IMG/VR virus record: IMGVR_UViG_3300023184_000027
Span: 143,953 to 207,952 of that record
Strand: one strand, 5' to 3'
Length of the DNA: 64,000 nt
Of this stretch, positions 41,970 to 51,928 are shown piece by piece (the stretch's first letter is position 1; every line of letters starts with the position of its first letter). The position numbers were made by a program, and so were the translations under genes. The notes beneath the pieces are model-generated. The model was not told the DNA's origin, did not search any database, and was given only the letters and a program-made list of their open reading frames with translations.

Positions 41970-42042
41970 ATTGATAAATATAATTACAACTCATTTTAAT
42001 TAAATTGTTTTTCTTGACAAACATATTCGTTTTATTATTTTT

Positions 42043-44793
42043 ATGTCTATGAAAAAAGTTTTAATTATAACACCCCATTTAAGTACAGGTGGTGCACCTC
42101 AAGTCACCCTTAATAAAATAAAGTTATTAAAAGACGATTACATTATTAAATGTGTCGAATATTCTTTGGTTGCTTGGAACTATGTAGTCCAACGAAATCA
42201 AATTGAAAATATGTTATTAGATAATTTCCACCCATTAGGAGATAATAAATCTGAACTTATTAATATTTTAAAAGATTTTAATCCTGATGTTGTTAGTATG
42301 GAAGAATTTCCTGAATTCTTTATGGATGATGAAATAACAAAAGAAATATATAAGGAAGACCGTAGATACACTATTTTTGAAACTACCCACGATTCTAGCT
42401 TTCCTGTAACATCAAAGAGATACTTTCCAGATAAGTTTATATTTGTAAGCGCGTTTAACGCGTTCAGATATTCTATCTTTGATATTCCATATGAAATAAT
42501 TGAATATCCTGTGGATGTTAAAATAAAAAATCAAAAAGAGAATCAGGAGAAATTAGATTTAAGTTCTGATTGGAAACATGTTGTTAATGTTGGTTTATTC
42601 ACCTCAAGAAAAAATCAAAAATATCTTTTTGAGATTGCCGAATACTTAAAGAATTATAAAATTAAATTTCATTTTATTGGGAATCAAGCGGACAACTTTA
42701 AAGATTATTGGGAACCTTTAATAACTAACAAACCTAAAAACGCCATTATTTGGGGTGAGAGAAATGATGTGGATAGTTTTATTCAAGCATCCGATGTATT
42801 TTTCTTTTCATCAAAAGGTGACCGAAATAATAAGGAGTTAAACCCTATCGCAATTAAAGAAGCTTTAGAGTATAGAATACCTATGATGATGTATAATTTG
42901 GAAGTTTATTGTGATAAGTATAGTAACGAAGAATTTATAACATTTTTAACAGGTGATTTAAAAATAGATTCGGAAAATTTATTAAATATTTTGGGTGTTG
43001 AGATTGATAAAGAATTAACATCTCATATTAATGATGATGAAGTCATTATCATTAGTACTTATCCCGACACTATTAAACGCAAAAATCTAACGATTGAATG
43101 TATAGAAAGTTTTAAAAAATTAGGTAGAAAAATTATATTAGTTTCTCATTATCCGGTACCAAATGAGATACAAGAAATGGCAGACTATTATATTTTTGAT
43201 TCAAATAATTTATTGATTCCTCATTCATATTACACCCATTTTTATCATAATACGGACCAATATAATGCTCAAATAAATATCAATGGGTTGTCAAAATCAA
43301 ATCAATCATTAGCTGCTCATATTAATTTTATGAATGGTGCAAAATTCGCTAAAGTTATTGGAGCGACAAAATTTATGATAATAACTTATGATGTTACCTT
43401 AAACGAATTAGACATTCCTTTAATTGAAGAATATTTTAATAAATTAACAAATTGGAATTGTTGTTTATCTTACATGGATAATGGTGTTGAAACAACCTCT
43501 ATGGTGTTTAAAACTAGTTATTTTCTAAATACTTTTTTAGATATTAATGATGAAGAAACATTTAATAATCATTGTTCTGAATTAAAGTGTCATAATTTTT
43601 TAGAAAATTACTATATGAAAATTTTAGAAGGTAAAGAAAACCTTTGGATTGAACATAATAATAAAAAAACAATTTTACCAAATTCAGGTTTGGGGGTATC
43701 ATCTAATTCTGAATATTATTCAATTTTACCTGTTAATGACACCAAAAATAGGTGGGTGTTTTATTTTTACACATATAATATTGACAATCGCAGATTGGAA
43801 TTATCAATTAATAAATCGGGTAAAAACATCTTTAACGATTCAATCATTATCTCTGAACATACATTAATTGCTGGTTCAAATAGGGCAAAGTATTTTAAGT
43901 ACATTGATTATAATGGAAACCCTATGGAGATTACCATTTCATTTTATGATGAAGATAATTTACATAAAACAGAAACTTATGAATTAAACAATACAACAAT
44001 TCACCAATATTATGACAATGGGTTCTTTAATGAAATAAATAAAACAGACAATTTACTTTTAACATCTAAAATTGAATCACCAACCTATAAAATTAAAGTT
44101 TTACATTTACAAACAACGATAGATGATAGTCGAGAACATTTATCCAGAGAATCTATTCAAAAATTAAGCGATTATGGATTTAATTATATTTTACATAAAA
44201 ATGTTCCTTACACATCATTACCACCATCACACAATTGTTTAAGACCTCATAATGTAAGATTAAAGAAGTATGATGATAGTAATGACCCCGAGTTTGGAAA
44301 TGCCTTAACACCATCTCATTATGGGTGTTTTGAATCCTTTAAATTAGGGATTATGTCTGAGTTTGATAATGATTTAGATTTTTTAATTGTTTGTGAAGGT
44401 GATTGTATTATTGAGACAACTATTGAAGAATTTATTAATAAAGTTAATCAATCATGTGAGATTATTAATAATGAAGATATTTCTTATTTTTCGTTTGGAG
44501 ATACTAAAACATTAGATTTCGGGTGGCATCAATCTAATGTTGTTAAAGAAATTCCTAACCAAGATTTATTATTCATCACAGATAAAATAATTGGGTTACA
44601 ATGTATAATGTTTCCTATAAAAACTAAAGAATATCTCATCAACCAATTCAGAAATGAAAAATGGGATTGTATGGACACTTTTTTTAATATTATTTTCTCA
44701 AATAAAAATATGGGAATTTTAAAAAATAGAATAACAACTCAAGCGGACGGATATTCTTTAATAGATAAAGAATTAAAAACATTTATAAAATAA
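42043..44793 (+). CDS. Multidomain glycosyltransferase (GT4-like + uncharacterised GT-like + GT25-like)
   Basis: PHLSTGGAPQ, VGLFTSRKNQ, ELNPIAIKEAL; IILVSHYP; HYGCFES...CEGDC. Confidence 0.8.
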   Translation: MSMKKVLIITPHLSTGGAPQVTLNKIKLLKDDYIIKCVEYSLVAWNYVVQRNQIENMLLDNFHPLGDNKSELINILKDFNPDVVSMEEFPEFFMDDEITKEIYKEDRRYTIFETTHDSSFPVTSKRYFPDKFIFVSAFNAFRYSIFDIPYEIIEYPVDVKIKNQKENQEKLDLSSDWKHVVNVGLFTSRKNQKYLFEIAEYLKNYKIKFHFIGNQADNFKDYWEPLITNKPKNAIIWGERNDVDSFIQASDVFFFSSKGDRNNKELNPIAIKEALEYRIPMMMYNLEVYCDKYSNEEFITFLTGDLKIDSENLLNILGVEIDKELTSHINDDEVIIISTYPDTIKRKNLTIECIESFKKLGRKIILVSHYPVPNEIQEMADYYIFDSNNLLIPHSYYTHFYHNTDQYNAQININGLSKSNQSLAAHINFMNGAKFAKVIGATKFMIITYDVTLNELDIPLIEEYFNKLTNWNCCLSYMDNGVETTSMVFKTSYFLNTFLDINDEETFNNHCSELKCHNFLENYYMKILEGKENLWIEHNNKKTILPNSGLGVSSNSEYYSILPVNDTKNRWVFYFYTYNIDNRRLELSINKSGKNIFNDSIIISEHTLIAGSNRAKYFKYIDYNGNPMEITISFYDEDNLHKTETYELNNTTIHQYYDNGFFNEINKTDNLLLTSKIESPTYKIKVLHLQTTIDDSREHLSRESIQKLSDYGFNYILHKNVPYTSLPPSHNCLRPHNVRLKKYDDSNDPEFGNALTPSHYGCFESFKLGIMSEFDNDLDFLIVCEGDCIIETTIEEFINKVNQSCEIINNEDISYFSFGDTKTLDFGWHQSNVVKEIPNQDLLFITDKIIGLQCIMFPIKTKEYLINQFRNEKWDCMDTFFNIIFSNKNMGILKNRITTQADGYSLIDKELKTFIK

Positions 44794-45806
44794 TGAAAAA
44801 ATTATTTGTAATTGGGGCATACCCCAACACTAAAAAAAAGGAAGAAATTTTAAAACAAGAAATTTTATCATTAAAACATTTAGATTACGATATTATGATT
44901 GTTAGTCATTACCCGGTTTCCGAAGAAATCCAATCAATGGTTAATTTTTATTTTTACGATAAAAATCAAAAACTAACACCTCAACAAAACACAAACGGGG
45001 ACATGTTATCACCATATTTTTGGGCTGCTCAAGAATCCTTTTATGTTAAAGTATTTAATCAAAGACATGGATTACCAATTTGTCAAAACATGTATAATTC
45101 TTTTAAATTTTCCGAAATACAAAAATACGATTTTGTATTTTTTTTAGAAAACGATAATATTTTTAGTAAAGAAGATACCTTAAAGTTTGATGAGCTACTG
45201 GAAAATATGATATCAAACAATAAAAAATGTATTTTTTTCAAAACACCTATTCACACACAGGGGGATTTTAGATTTAGAGAAGGTGTAAACGCCTTTTATG
45301 AAACACAATTATTTGGTGTGACACCTCAATATTTTAATGAAATTTTCAAATTACCAATTAATGAAAAAGAATGGTTTGAATTTGGGATGGGATACACATT
45401 AGAAGAGTCTTTCTATTTAAAATTAAACATATATGAAGATAACTTTTTAATTATACCAGACTACTCTTTTAACTTTTTTAAAGAAAGTGAAATTAATCTT
45501 ATTAGGTCAGAATCATTTATATTAGAAGTTTTATATAACGAAAGTAATCCTTCTTCACCAATATTATATTGTGAGAATAATACCAAAAATAATGAAATAA
45601 AAAAAATATCTATAGAAATTAATAATATTGTAGAAAATAATGAAATACGCCCTTCACAATGGTTTTATAAAAAATTATCTTTAGACGGTAATGAATTAAC
45701 TATCACTGTTTTTGATGAAGATGGTAGCATTGATTTCATTAAAAAAGTTCATTTAATAGATGATAATTTAGAACAAATAAAAGAAAAAGGAATAATAATT
45801 TTTTAA
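44793..45806 (+). CDS. Uncharacterised GT-like protein (full-length copy)
   Basis: AYPNT..K, IMIVSHYPV, FLENDNIF; paralogous to the middle domain of 42043-44793. Confidence 0.6.
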   Translation: MKKLFVIGAYPNTKKKEEILKQEILSLKHLDYDIMIVSHYPVSEEIQSMVNFYFYDKNQKLTPQQNTNGDMLSPYFWAAQESFYVKVFNQRHGLPICQNMYNSFKFSEIQKYDFVFFLENDNIFSKEDTLKFDELLENMISNNKKCIFFKTPIHTQGDFRFREGVNAFYETQLFGVTPQYFNEIFKLPINEKEWFEFGMGYTLEESFYLKLNIYEDNFLIIPDYSFNFFKESEINLIRSESFILEVLYNESNPSSPILYCENNTKNNEIKKISIEINNIVENNEIRPSQWFYKKLSLDGNELTITVFDEDGSIDFIKKVHLIDDNLEQIKEKGIIIF

Positions 45807-45815
45807 TTAATTATG
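45083..45815 (+). repeat. Direct repeat copy 1 (~730 bp)
   Basis: Colinear with 48474-49205 up to and including the next ATG. Confidence 0.95.
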
Positions 45816-46718
45816 ATACAATATAAAAAAATGTTTATTGCGGGTGCCAATGGGATGTTAGGTACCACTTTACAAAGTTTAACAGATACTTCTCAATATC
45901 TTCTAACAGATAAAGATATAGATGGTGATGTACGTTATTGCGACATTAGAGATTTAAATCAAACTTCTAATATTGTGAAAGAATATAACCCTGATATTAT
46001 TTTAAATTTCGCAGCGTTAGTTGATTTAGAGTATTGTGAACAAGAAAAAGACGATTGTTACTTAACAAATACTATCGCATCTATTAATTTATTTAATTTA
46101 GCTAAAGACCTTAATATACCATATGTGTTTATTAGTACCGCAGGGATATTCGGTAATGATAAAGAATTTTATACTGAAGAAGATATTCCACATCCATTAA
46201 GTGCCTACGGAAAAAGTAAGTATTATACAGAACAGTTATTACAAAATCAATCCTACGAAAAATATTGGATATTTAGAGCAGGATGGATGATGGGTGGAGG
46301 ACCGTCCAAAGATAAAAAATTCGTAAATAAAATTATGAATCAAGTTAAATCCGGTGTTAAAGAACTTAATGTTGTTGATGATAAGCTAGGTGTACCTACT
46401 TATACAAAAGATTTTGCAAATTCAATATTGAGACATTTATCAGAAGAACTTCCTTATGGGTTATATAATATGGTAAGTTCCGGTGAGGCGAGTCGATATC
46501 AAACGGCGGTTGAAATAAATGAATTTTTACAATTAGGGTTAAAAATTAATAAAGTAGGAAGTGATTTTTTTTCAAAAGAATATTCAGCGCCTAGACCTTA
46601 TTCAGAGAAATTAATTAATAAATCATTAAACAATTTACATAAAAATTATATGAGAAATTGGAAAGATTGTTTACATGAATATTTATCTGAATTCTATAAA
46701 AATAAAAAAATCACATAA
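45813..46718 (+). CDS. rmlD: NDP-4-keto-6-deoxyhexose reductase (RmlD-like)
   Basis: GANGMLG, NFAA.VD...CE, ISTA.IF, PLSAYGKSK, GVPTYT.D, APRP. Confidence 0.75.
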   Translation: MIQYKKMFIAGANGMLGTTLQSLTDTSQYLLTDKDIDGDVRYCDIRDLNQTSNIVKEYNPDIILNFAALVDLEYCEQEKDDCYLTNTIASINLFNLAKDLNIPYVFISTAGIFGNDKEFYTEEDIPHPLSAYGKSKYYTEQLLQNQSYEKYWIFRAGWMMGGGPSKDKKFVNKIMNQVKSGVKELNVVDDKLGVPTYTKDFANSILRHLSEELPYGLYNMVSSGEASRYQTAVEINEFLQLGLKINKVGSDFFSKEYSAPRPYSEKLINKSLNNLHKNYMRNWKDCLHEYLSEFYKNKKIT

Positions 46719-46722
46719 TATT

Positions 46723-47385
46723 ATGAAAATAAAATTTACGATAAGTTCACGTAAATTAGGGTTTGAACAAACTTATCCTATTATAATTAAAAGTTTAATT
46801 GAAAATAATGTCCCACCACAAGACATATATTTTTTTGTTGGTGGGTACGATTCCATAACTCAAAGTATTACCGATGAAGGTGTTAATCTTATACAAGTTA
46901 ATCAAAATTCCATAGATTATACAGGTCTTATAGGTGTATTAGATTTAGATATTGTGTCAGATTATTGGGTTTTATTACATGACACATGTTATGTTGGACC
47001 TAACTTTTATAATCATATTATGTCTTACAATTATAATTATACCCCCGCCGTTGGATTAATTTTTGAGGAATGTTGTATGAATATTGGTGCTTATAGTTGG
47101 GAATATTTACAAAAAATAAAATCAAATTTATTAGAATACCGTAATACTGATTTTTCAGAAGAATCAATTCAGAAATGGAAAACAATTGGAATAGTTGATG
47201 AAGATAAGTTTTTATCTGAATATAATGTTGAAAATCATTATTGTGTATCATCACGAATACATAGTGGTCCTGTCGATATCTATAATACAGGTACACCTAG
47301 ACTAGTCGAATATTTTCCGGGTATAGATTTATACAAATTAAAGGCCAATTGGTACCGAAGAGAGATTTACGAATTAAGTGTATGA
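46723..47385 (+). CDS. Putative glycosyltransferase
   Basis: NSIDYTGLI, YWVLLHDTCYVG; operon context; start moved to ATG 46723. Confidence 0.55.
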   Translation: MKIKFTISSRKLGFEQTYPIIIKSLIENNVPPQDIYFFVGGYDSITQSITDEGVNLIQVNQNSIDYTGLIGVLDLDIVSDYWVLLHDTCYVGPNFYNHIMSYNYNYTPAVGLIFEECCMNIGAYSWEYLQKIKSNLLEYRNTDFSEESIQKWKTIGIVDEDKFLSEYNVENHYCVSSRIHSGPVDIYNTGTPRLVEYFPGIDLYKLKANWYRREIYELSV

Positions 47386-48497
47386 TAAAATACGATTTTT
47401 TAATAGTGGGTGCGGGTCTTTTTGGTAGTGTTTGCGCTAGAGAATTAACAGATAACGGATATAAATGTTTAGTTATTGATAAAAGAGAACATATTGGTGG
47501 GAACTGTTACACTGAAAATAGAGATGGTATAAACATACATATGTATGGACCACATATATTTCACACTTCAAATGAACGAGTTTGGGAATACGTAAATAAA
47601 TATATTTCATTTAATAATTACATATGTTCCCCTGTGGCAAATTATAAGGGAGAAATTTATTCTCTACCCTTTAGTATGTGGACATTTTCTAAAATGTGGG
47701 GAATCTCTTCACCAAAAGAAGCGATGGATATTATTGAAAAACAAAGTATCCATATTCAAAAAACCCCATCTAATTTAGAAGAACAAGCAATCAAAACTGT
47801 AGGTATTGATGTATATAATAAATTAATCAAAGAATATGTTGAGAAACAGTGGAAAAAATCACCTACAGAACTTCCATCTCAAATTATAAAAAGATTACCC
47901 GTAAGATTTACATACGATAATAATTATTTTTTAGACAAATATCAGGGAGTTCCAATTGGGGGGTACACTAATTTTTTTAATAAATTACTTGTAAATATTG
48001 ATGTCAATCTTGGTGTTGACTATTTAAAAGATTCTTTACCTTCCCATAATTTCACTATTTATACCGGACCTATAGATAAATTTTATAATTATGAATTTGG
48101 GGAATTAGAATATAAATCCACAAATTTTGTTCATAAAAAAATGAACACAACAAATTACCAAGGAACGGCTATTATGTCATTCACCGACAAAGAAACAATT
48201 TATACCAGAATTATTGAACACAAACATTTTGAAAATTCTATATCAAATATTTCTTGGATTACTTACGAGTACCCAATAGAATATAACGTACATGAGGTAG
48301 AACCACATTATCCCGTTAATGATGATAAAAACACATTGATTTATCAAAATTATAAAAAAATGGCAGATAAAGAAAAATCGGTTTTATTCGGAGGGAGATT
48401 AGCGGAATATAAATATTACGATATGCACCAAGTAATAGAATCAGCCTTAAACACTGTTGATAAAATATTAAAATCAAAATATGGTAAATTCGTTTAA
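47382..48497 (+). CDS. glf: UDP-galactopyranose mutase
   Basis: IVGAGLFG, HIGGNCY, YGPHIFHT, RLPVR, YQGVPIGGY, GRLAEYKYYDMHQ; start moved to ATG 47382. Confidence 0.93.
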   Translation: MIKYDFLIVGAGLFGSVCARELTDNGYKCLVIDKREHIGGNCYTENRDGINIHMYGPHIFHTSNERVWEYVNKYISFNNYICSPVANYKGEIYSLPFSMWTFSKMWGISSPKEAMDIIEKQSIHIQKTPSNLEEQAIKTVGIDVYNKLIKEYVEKQWKKSPTELPSQIIKRLPVRFTYDNNYFLDKYQGVPIGGYTNFFNKLLVNIDVNLGVDYLKDSLPSHNFTIYTGPIDKFYNYEFGELEYKSTNFVHKKMNTTNYQGTAIMSFTDKETIYTRIIEHKHFENSISNISWITYEYPIEYNVHEVEPHYPVNDDKNTLIYQNYKKMADKEKSVLFGGRLAEYKYYDMHQVIESALNTVDKILKSKYGKFV

Positions 48498-49205
48498 TTT
48501 TTCTGAAATACTAAATTATGATTTTGTCTTTTTTTTAGAAAACGATAATATCTTTAGTAAAGAAGATTCCTTAAAGTTTGACGTACTATTGGACGATATG
48601 ATTTTAAACAATAAAAAATGTATTTTTTTTAAAACACCTATCCATACACAGGGAGATTTTAGATTTAGAGAAGGTGTGGACTCCTTTTATGAAACACAAT
48701 TATTTGGCGTAACACCTAAATATTTTAACGAAATTTTTAAATTACCAACAAATGAAAAAGAATGGGTTAATTTTAACATGGGATACACATTAGAAGAGTC
48801 TTTTTATTTAAAATTAAACAGATATGAAGACAACTTTCTAATTATACCAGACTACTCTTTTAACTTTTTTAAAGAAAGTGAAATTAATCTTATTAGGTCC
48901 GAATCATTTATATTAGAAGTTTTATATAATGAAAGTAACCCTTATTCACCAATATTATATTGTGAAAATAATTCAAAATATAATGAAATTAAAAAAATAT
49001 CAATTAACATTAACAATGTTATTGAAAATAATGAAATACTTCCTTCACAATGGTTCTACAAAGCACTATCTTTAGATGGTGATAAATTAACTATAACCGT
49101 TTTTGATGAAGAAGGTAATACAGATTTTATTAAAAAGGTTCATTTAATTGATAATAATTTAGAACAAATAAAAGAAAAAGGAGTAATAATATTTAATTAA
49201 TTATG
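48474..49205 (+). repeat. Direct repeat copy 2 (~730 bp)
   Basis: Encoded peptide differs from copy 1 at about 32 of 238 residues (hand count). Confidence 0.95.
48481..49200 (+). CDS. N-terminally truncated duplicate of 44793-45806 (lacks first 99 aa); possibly non-functional
   Basis: Starts at the equivalent of Met100; frame still open. Confidence 0.7.
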   Translation: MVNSFNFSEILNYDFVFFLENDNIFSKEDSLKFDVLLDDMILNNKKCIFFKTPIHTQGDFRFREGVDSFYETQLFGVTPKYFNEIFKLPTNEKEWVNFNMGYTLEESFYLKLNRYEDNFLIIPDYSFNFFKESEINLIRSESFILEVLYNESNPYSPILYCENNSKYNEIKKISININNVIENNEILPSQWFYKALSLDGDKLTITVFDEEGNTDFIKKVHLIDNNLEQIKEKGVIIFN

Positions 49206-49748
49206 GCACACAAAAAACAACAAGAATTTTACGAAAGAGTAAAACAACATTTACCTCAATATTTTAGCGACGTAAAAGTACTAGATATAGGTTCGTTAGA
49301 TATTAACGGAAATAATAAACATTTTTTTAACCACCCATTTTATTATGTTGGGGTTGATTTAGCGGAGGGGCAAAATGTTGATGTTATTTGTCCGGGTCAT
49401 TTATACAATTCAGGGTTTTTATTTGATGTCGTTACATCATCTGAATGTTTTGAACATGATATGTATTATGCGAGAACACTACAAAATATGGTTAAACTAC
49501 TTAGACCAGGAGGATTAATGTTATTCACTTGCGCTTCAACAGGAAGACCTGAACATGGTACATTAAACGCAAATCCATTTGACGCACCATTTTTAGAGGG
49601 TATTGATGAAAAATGGTCTAACTATTATAAAAATTTAACAGAAGACGATGTTCGTTCAGCTATAGAAATTAATAATACTTTTGTAACATTTAACTTTGAA
49701 TATGAGCCAGAATCTTGTGATTTGTATTTTTGGGGTGTAAAAAAATAA
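49203..49748 (+). CDS. Class I SAM-dependent methyltransferase
   Basis: VLDIGSLDING, YVGVDL..G.NVD, FDVV.S.ECFEHD, LLRPGG. Confidence 0.85.
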   Translation: MAHKKQQEFYERVKQHLPQYFSDVKVLDIGSLDINGNNKHFFNHPFYYVGVDLAEGQNVDVICPGHLYNSGFLFDVVTSSECFEHDMYYARTLQNMVKLLRPGGLMLFTCASTGRPEHGTLNANPFDAPFLEGIDEKWSNYYKNLTEDDVRSAIEINNTFVTFNFEYEPESCDLYFWGVKK

Positions 49749-49756
49749 ATAATTAT

Positions 49757-51901
49757 ATGAGAATAACACAAGTAACTCCGGGTGTAATCCCAATACCCCC
49801 TAATGGATGGGGTGCCGTCGAAAAAATATTATGGTGTTACCATAACGAATTTAATTCTTTGGGACACGAATGCACAATAAAATATTTAAATGAGGCTTCT
49901 ACCGATAATTCGGATATAATACATATCCACATAGCTAATTTAGCTTTAGATGCTGCGGAAAGAGGGATTCCTTACATTTTTTCCTTACACGACCATCATG
50001 TTGTTCATTACGGGAAAGATTCGTTTAACTATCGCCAAAATTTAGAGGCAATACAAAAATCGGTAATTTCATTTTGTCATGCTGAATATTTAATTGACTA
50101 CTTTGACGGAACTGATAAATTATTTTATCTATCTCATGGGGTGGAAGTTGATTATTTTAAAGTTGCTGATTTATATAGGAAAGAACATAAATTGCTTTGT
50201 ATTGCAAATAATGGTATTGGTGGTGACGCATCGTTTGATAGAAAAGGGTTTAGGTATGCTATTGAGGCGGCTAAAAAATTAAATCTTCCAATAACAATCG
50301 CCGGACCAGAAAATAATAAATTATTTTTCCAACATCACCCTGATTTGTTAGAATATGAAAATTTAACATTATTATTAACCAACTTAAGTGAAGATGAAAT
50401 TTTAGAGTTATATAAATCACATTCAATATTTTTACATCCGTCAATATTAGAAGCTGGTCACCCAAATTTAACATTATTGGAAGCGGTCTCTTGTGGGTTA
50501 CCGGTTGTTGGAACTTATGAAGGGTCTCAAAAAATAGATGGGATGATTGTATCTGAAAGAAATTCTGATAGAGTTGCCGAATCAATATCTAAAATAATAA
50601 ATGAATATAAGAATTATGTTGATTTAACACAAAATAATAGAACCAAATTTGATTGGACAACTATCTGTAAAAGAATGGTTGATATGTATAAAGTTGTTAA
50701 TCTAATTAAAAAAGAATATTCTTCCGAAGAAACCAAAAATTTATTTATTGATAATTTTAATAATATTGTTAGGTCACCTATAATTACTCAAACAAAAACA
50801 GAAAGTGTTACACCAATTGTGGAAAAAATTAAACCAAATGTAAAATATAATTTTCATTTTGTTAATCAACCTTTTTTTGAAATATTAGGAGATAGCGATA
50901 AAAAATTTAATGTTGAATTTTACGATGAAGGTAATTTACATCATCACTCAGAATTATCGTCAAATATGTGGACTAAAGTAGGTAGAGAATACTTTACAAA
51001 TTGGTATATCAAAGTTTCTTGTGATAATGACATTGTTTTTGAATATAACCTTGATTTAACAAATAGGAGAGTTTTTATTTCTTTTGAATCTAGTTCATTA
51101 GGCGATAGTATTGCTTGGATTCCATATGTGTTAGAATTTAAAAACCAACATAATTGTGTTGTAATTGTATCAACATTTTGGAATAAATTATTTAAAAAGT
51201 CTTATCCCGAATTGGAATTTGTTGAGCCAGGTGCAACCATCCATAATTTATTTGGTTTATATAGAATTGGTTGGTTTGAAAACGAAACAAAAGAACCTTT
51301 TTATCCTAACACAATACCATTACAAAAAACGATAACAAATCTCTTAAAATTAGAACACACAGAAATTAAACCAACTCTTGACTTCGTACCTAAATCAAGA
51401 CCTATAGTTGAGAAGTATATTACGATAGCGGATGAATCAACCGCCGGATTAAAACTATGGAATAACTTAAATGGGTGGAAAGAACTTATTGAGTATTTAA
51501 CTAAATTAGGATATAAAATTATTAACATATCTAAACATGGTGGGAATTATAAAAATGTCGCAAAATTAAAAGACACATCAATAGAGAATACGATGAACTA
51601 TATTCACCATAGTGAATTTTTCATAGGATTATCAAGTGGGTTATCTTGGCTATCATGGGCGTTAGGTAAACATGTTGTTATGATTTCTAACTTTACCGAA
51701 TCTGACCATGAATTTACATCAAACTGTACTAGAATTACAAATGATTCTGTGTGTAATGGATGTTGGAATAAATCTGAATATCGGTTTGACCGTGGTGATT
51801 GGAACTGGTGTCCCGAAAATAAAGGAACTCCTCGTCAATTTGAGTGTCATAAATCAATAACCTCTGAAATGGTAATAAAACAAATACAACATTTATTATA
51901 A
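49757..51901 (+). CDS. GT4-like domain fused to TibC/Aah-type (BAHT) protein O-heptosyltransferase
   Basis: PPNGWGAVE, EAGHPNLTLLEA; SSSLGDSIAW.PY, FIGLSSGLSWLSW, VVMISNF, CNGCWN...WCP...FEC (4-Cys motif); start moved to ATG 49757. Confidence 0.8.
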   Translation: MRITQVTPGVIPIPPNGWGAVEKILWCYHNEFNSLGHECTIKYLNEASTDNSDIIHIHIANLALDAAERGIPYIFSLHDHHVVHYGKDSFNYRQNLEAIQKSVISFCHAEYLIDYFDGTDKLFYLSHGVEVDYFKVADLYRKEHKLLCIANNGIGGDASFDRKGFRYAIEAAKKLNLPITIAGPENNKLFFQHHPDLLEYENLTLLLTNLSEDEILELYKSHSIFLHPSILEAGHPNLTLLEAVSCGLPVVGTYEGSQKIDGMIVSERNSDRVAESISKIINEYKNYVDLTQNNRTKFDWTTICKRMVDMYKVVNLIKKEYSSEETKNLFIDNFNNIVRSPIITQTKTESVTPIVEKIKPNVKYNFHFVNQPFFEILGDSDKKFNVEFYDEGNLHHHSELSSNMWTKVGREYFTNWYIKVSCDNDIVFEYNLDLTNRRVFISFESSSLGDSIAWIPYVLEFKNQHNCVVIVSTFWNKLFKKSYPELEFVEPGATIHNLFGLYRIGWFENETKEPFYPNTIPLQKTITNLLKLEHTEIKPTLDFVPKSRPIVEKYITIADESTAGLKLWNNLNGWKELIEYLTKLGYKIINISKHGGNYKNVAKLKDTSIENTMNYIHHSEFFIGLSSGLSWLSWALGKHVVMISNFTESDHEFTSNCTRITNDSVCNGCWNKSEYRFDRGDWNWCPENKGTPRQFECHKSITSEMVIKQIQHLL

Positions 51902-51902
51902 C

Positions 51903-51928
51903 AAAAAACCCCAATTAAGGGGTTTTTT
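51903..51928. terminator. Bidirectional intrinsic terminator
   Basis: AAAAAACCCC-AATTAA-GGGGTTTTTT between convergent genes. Confidence 0.85.

Noticed and set aside
42014-42041. TTGACA promoter for the GT4 operon
   Set aside because: Perfect -35 but no good -10 at 17 nt spacing (TATTAT at 13, TATTTT at 16); too weak to call
42043-51901. GTs as DNA-glucosylation (hypermodification) enzymes
   Set aside because: No hydroxymethylase or base-modification genes nearby and the families are protein/glycan-acting; not formally excluded for the GT4 domains
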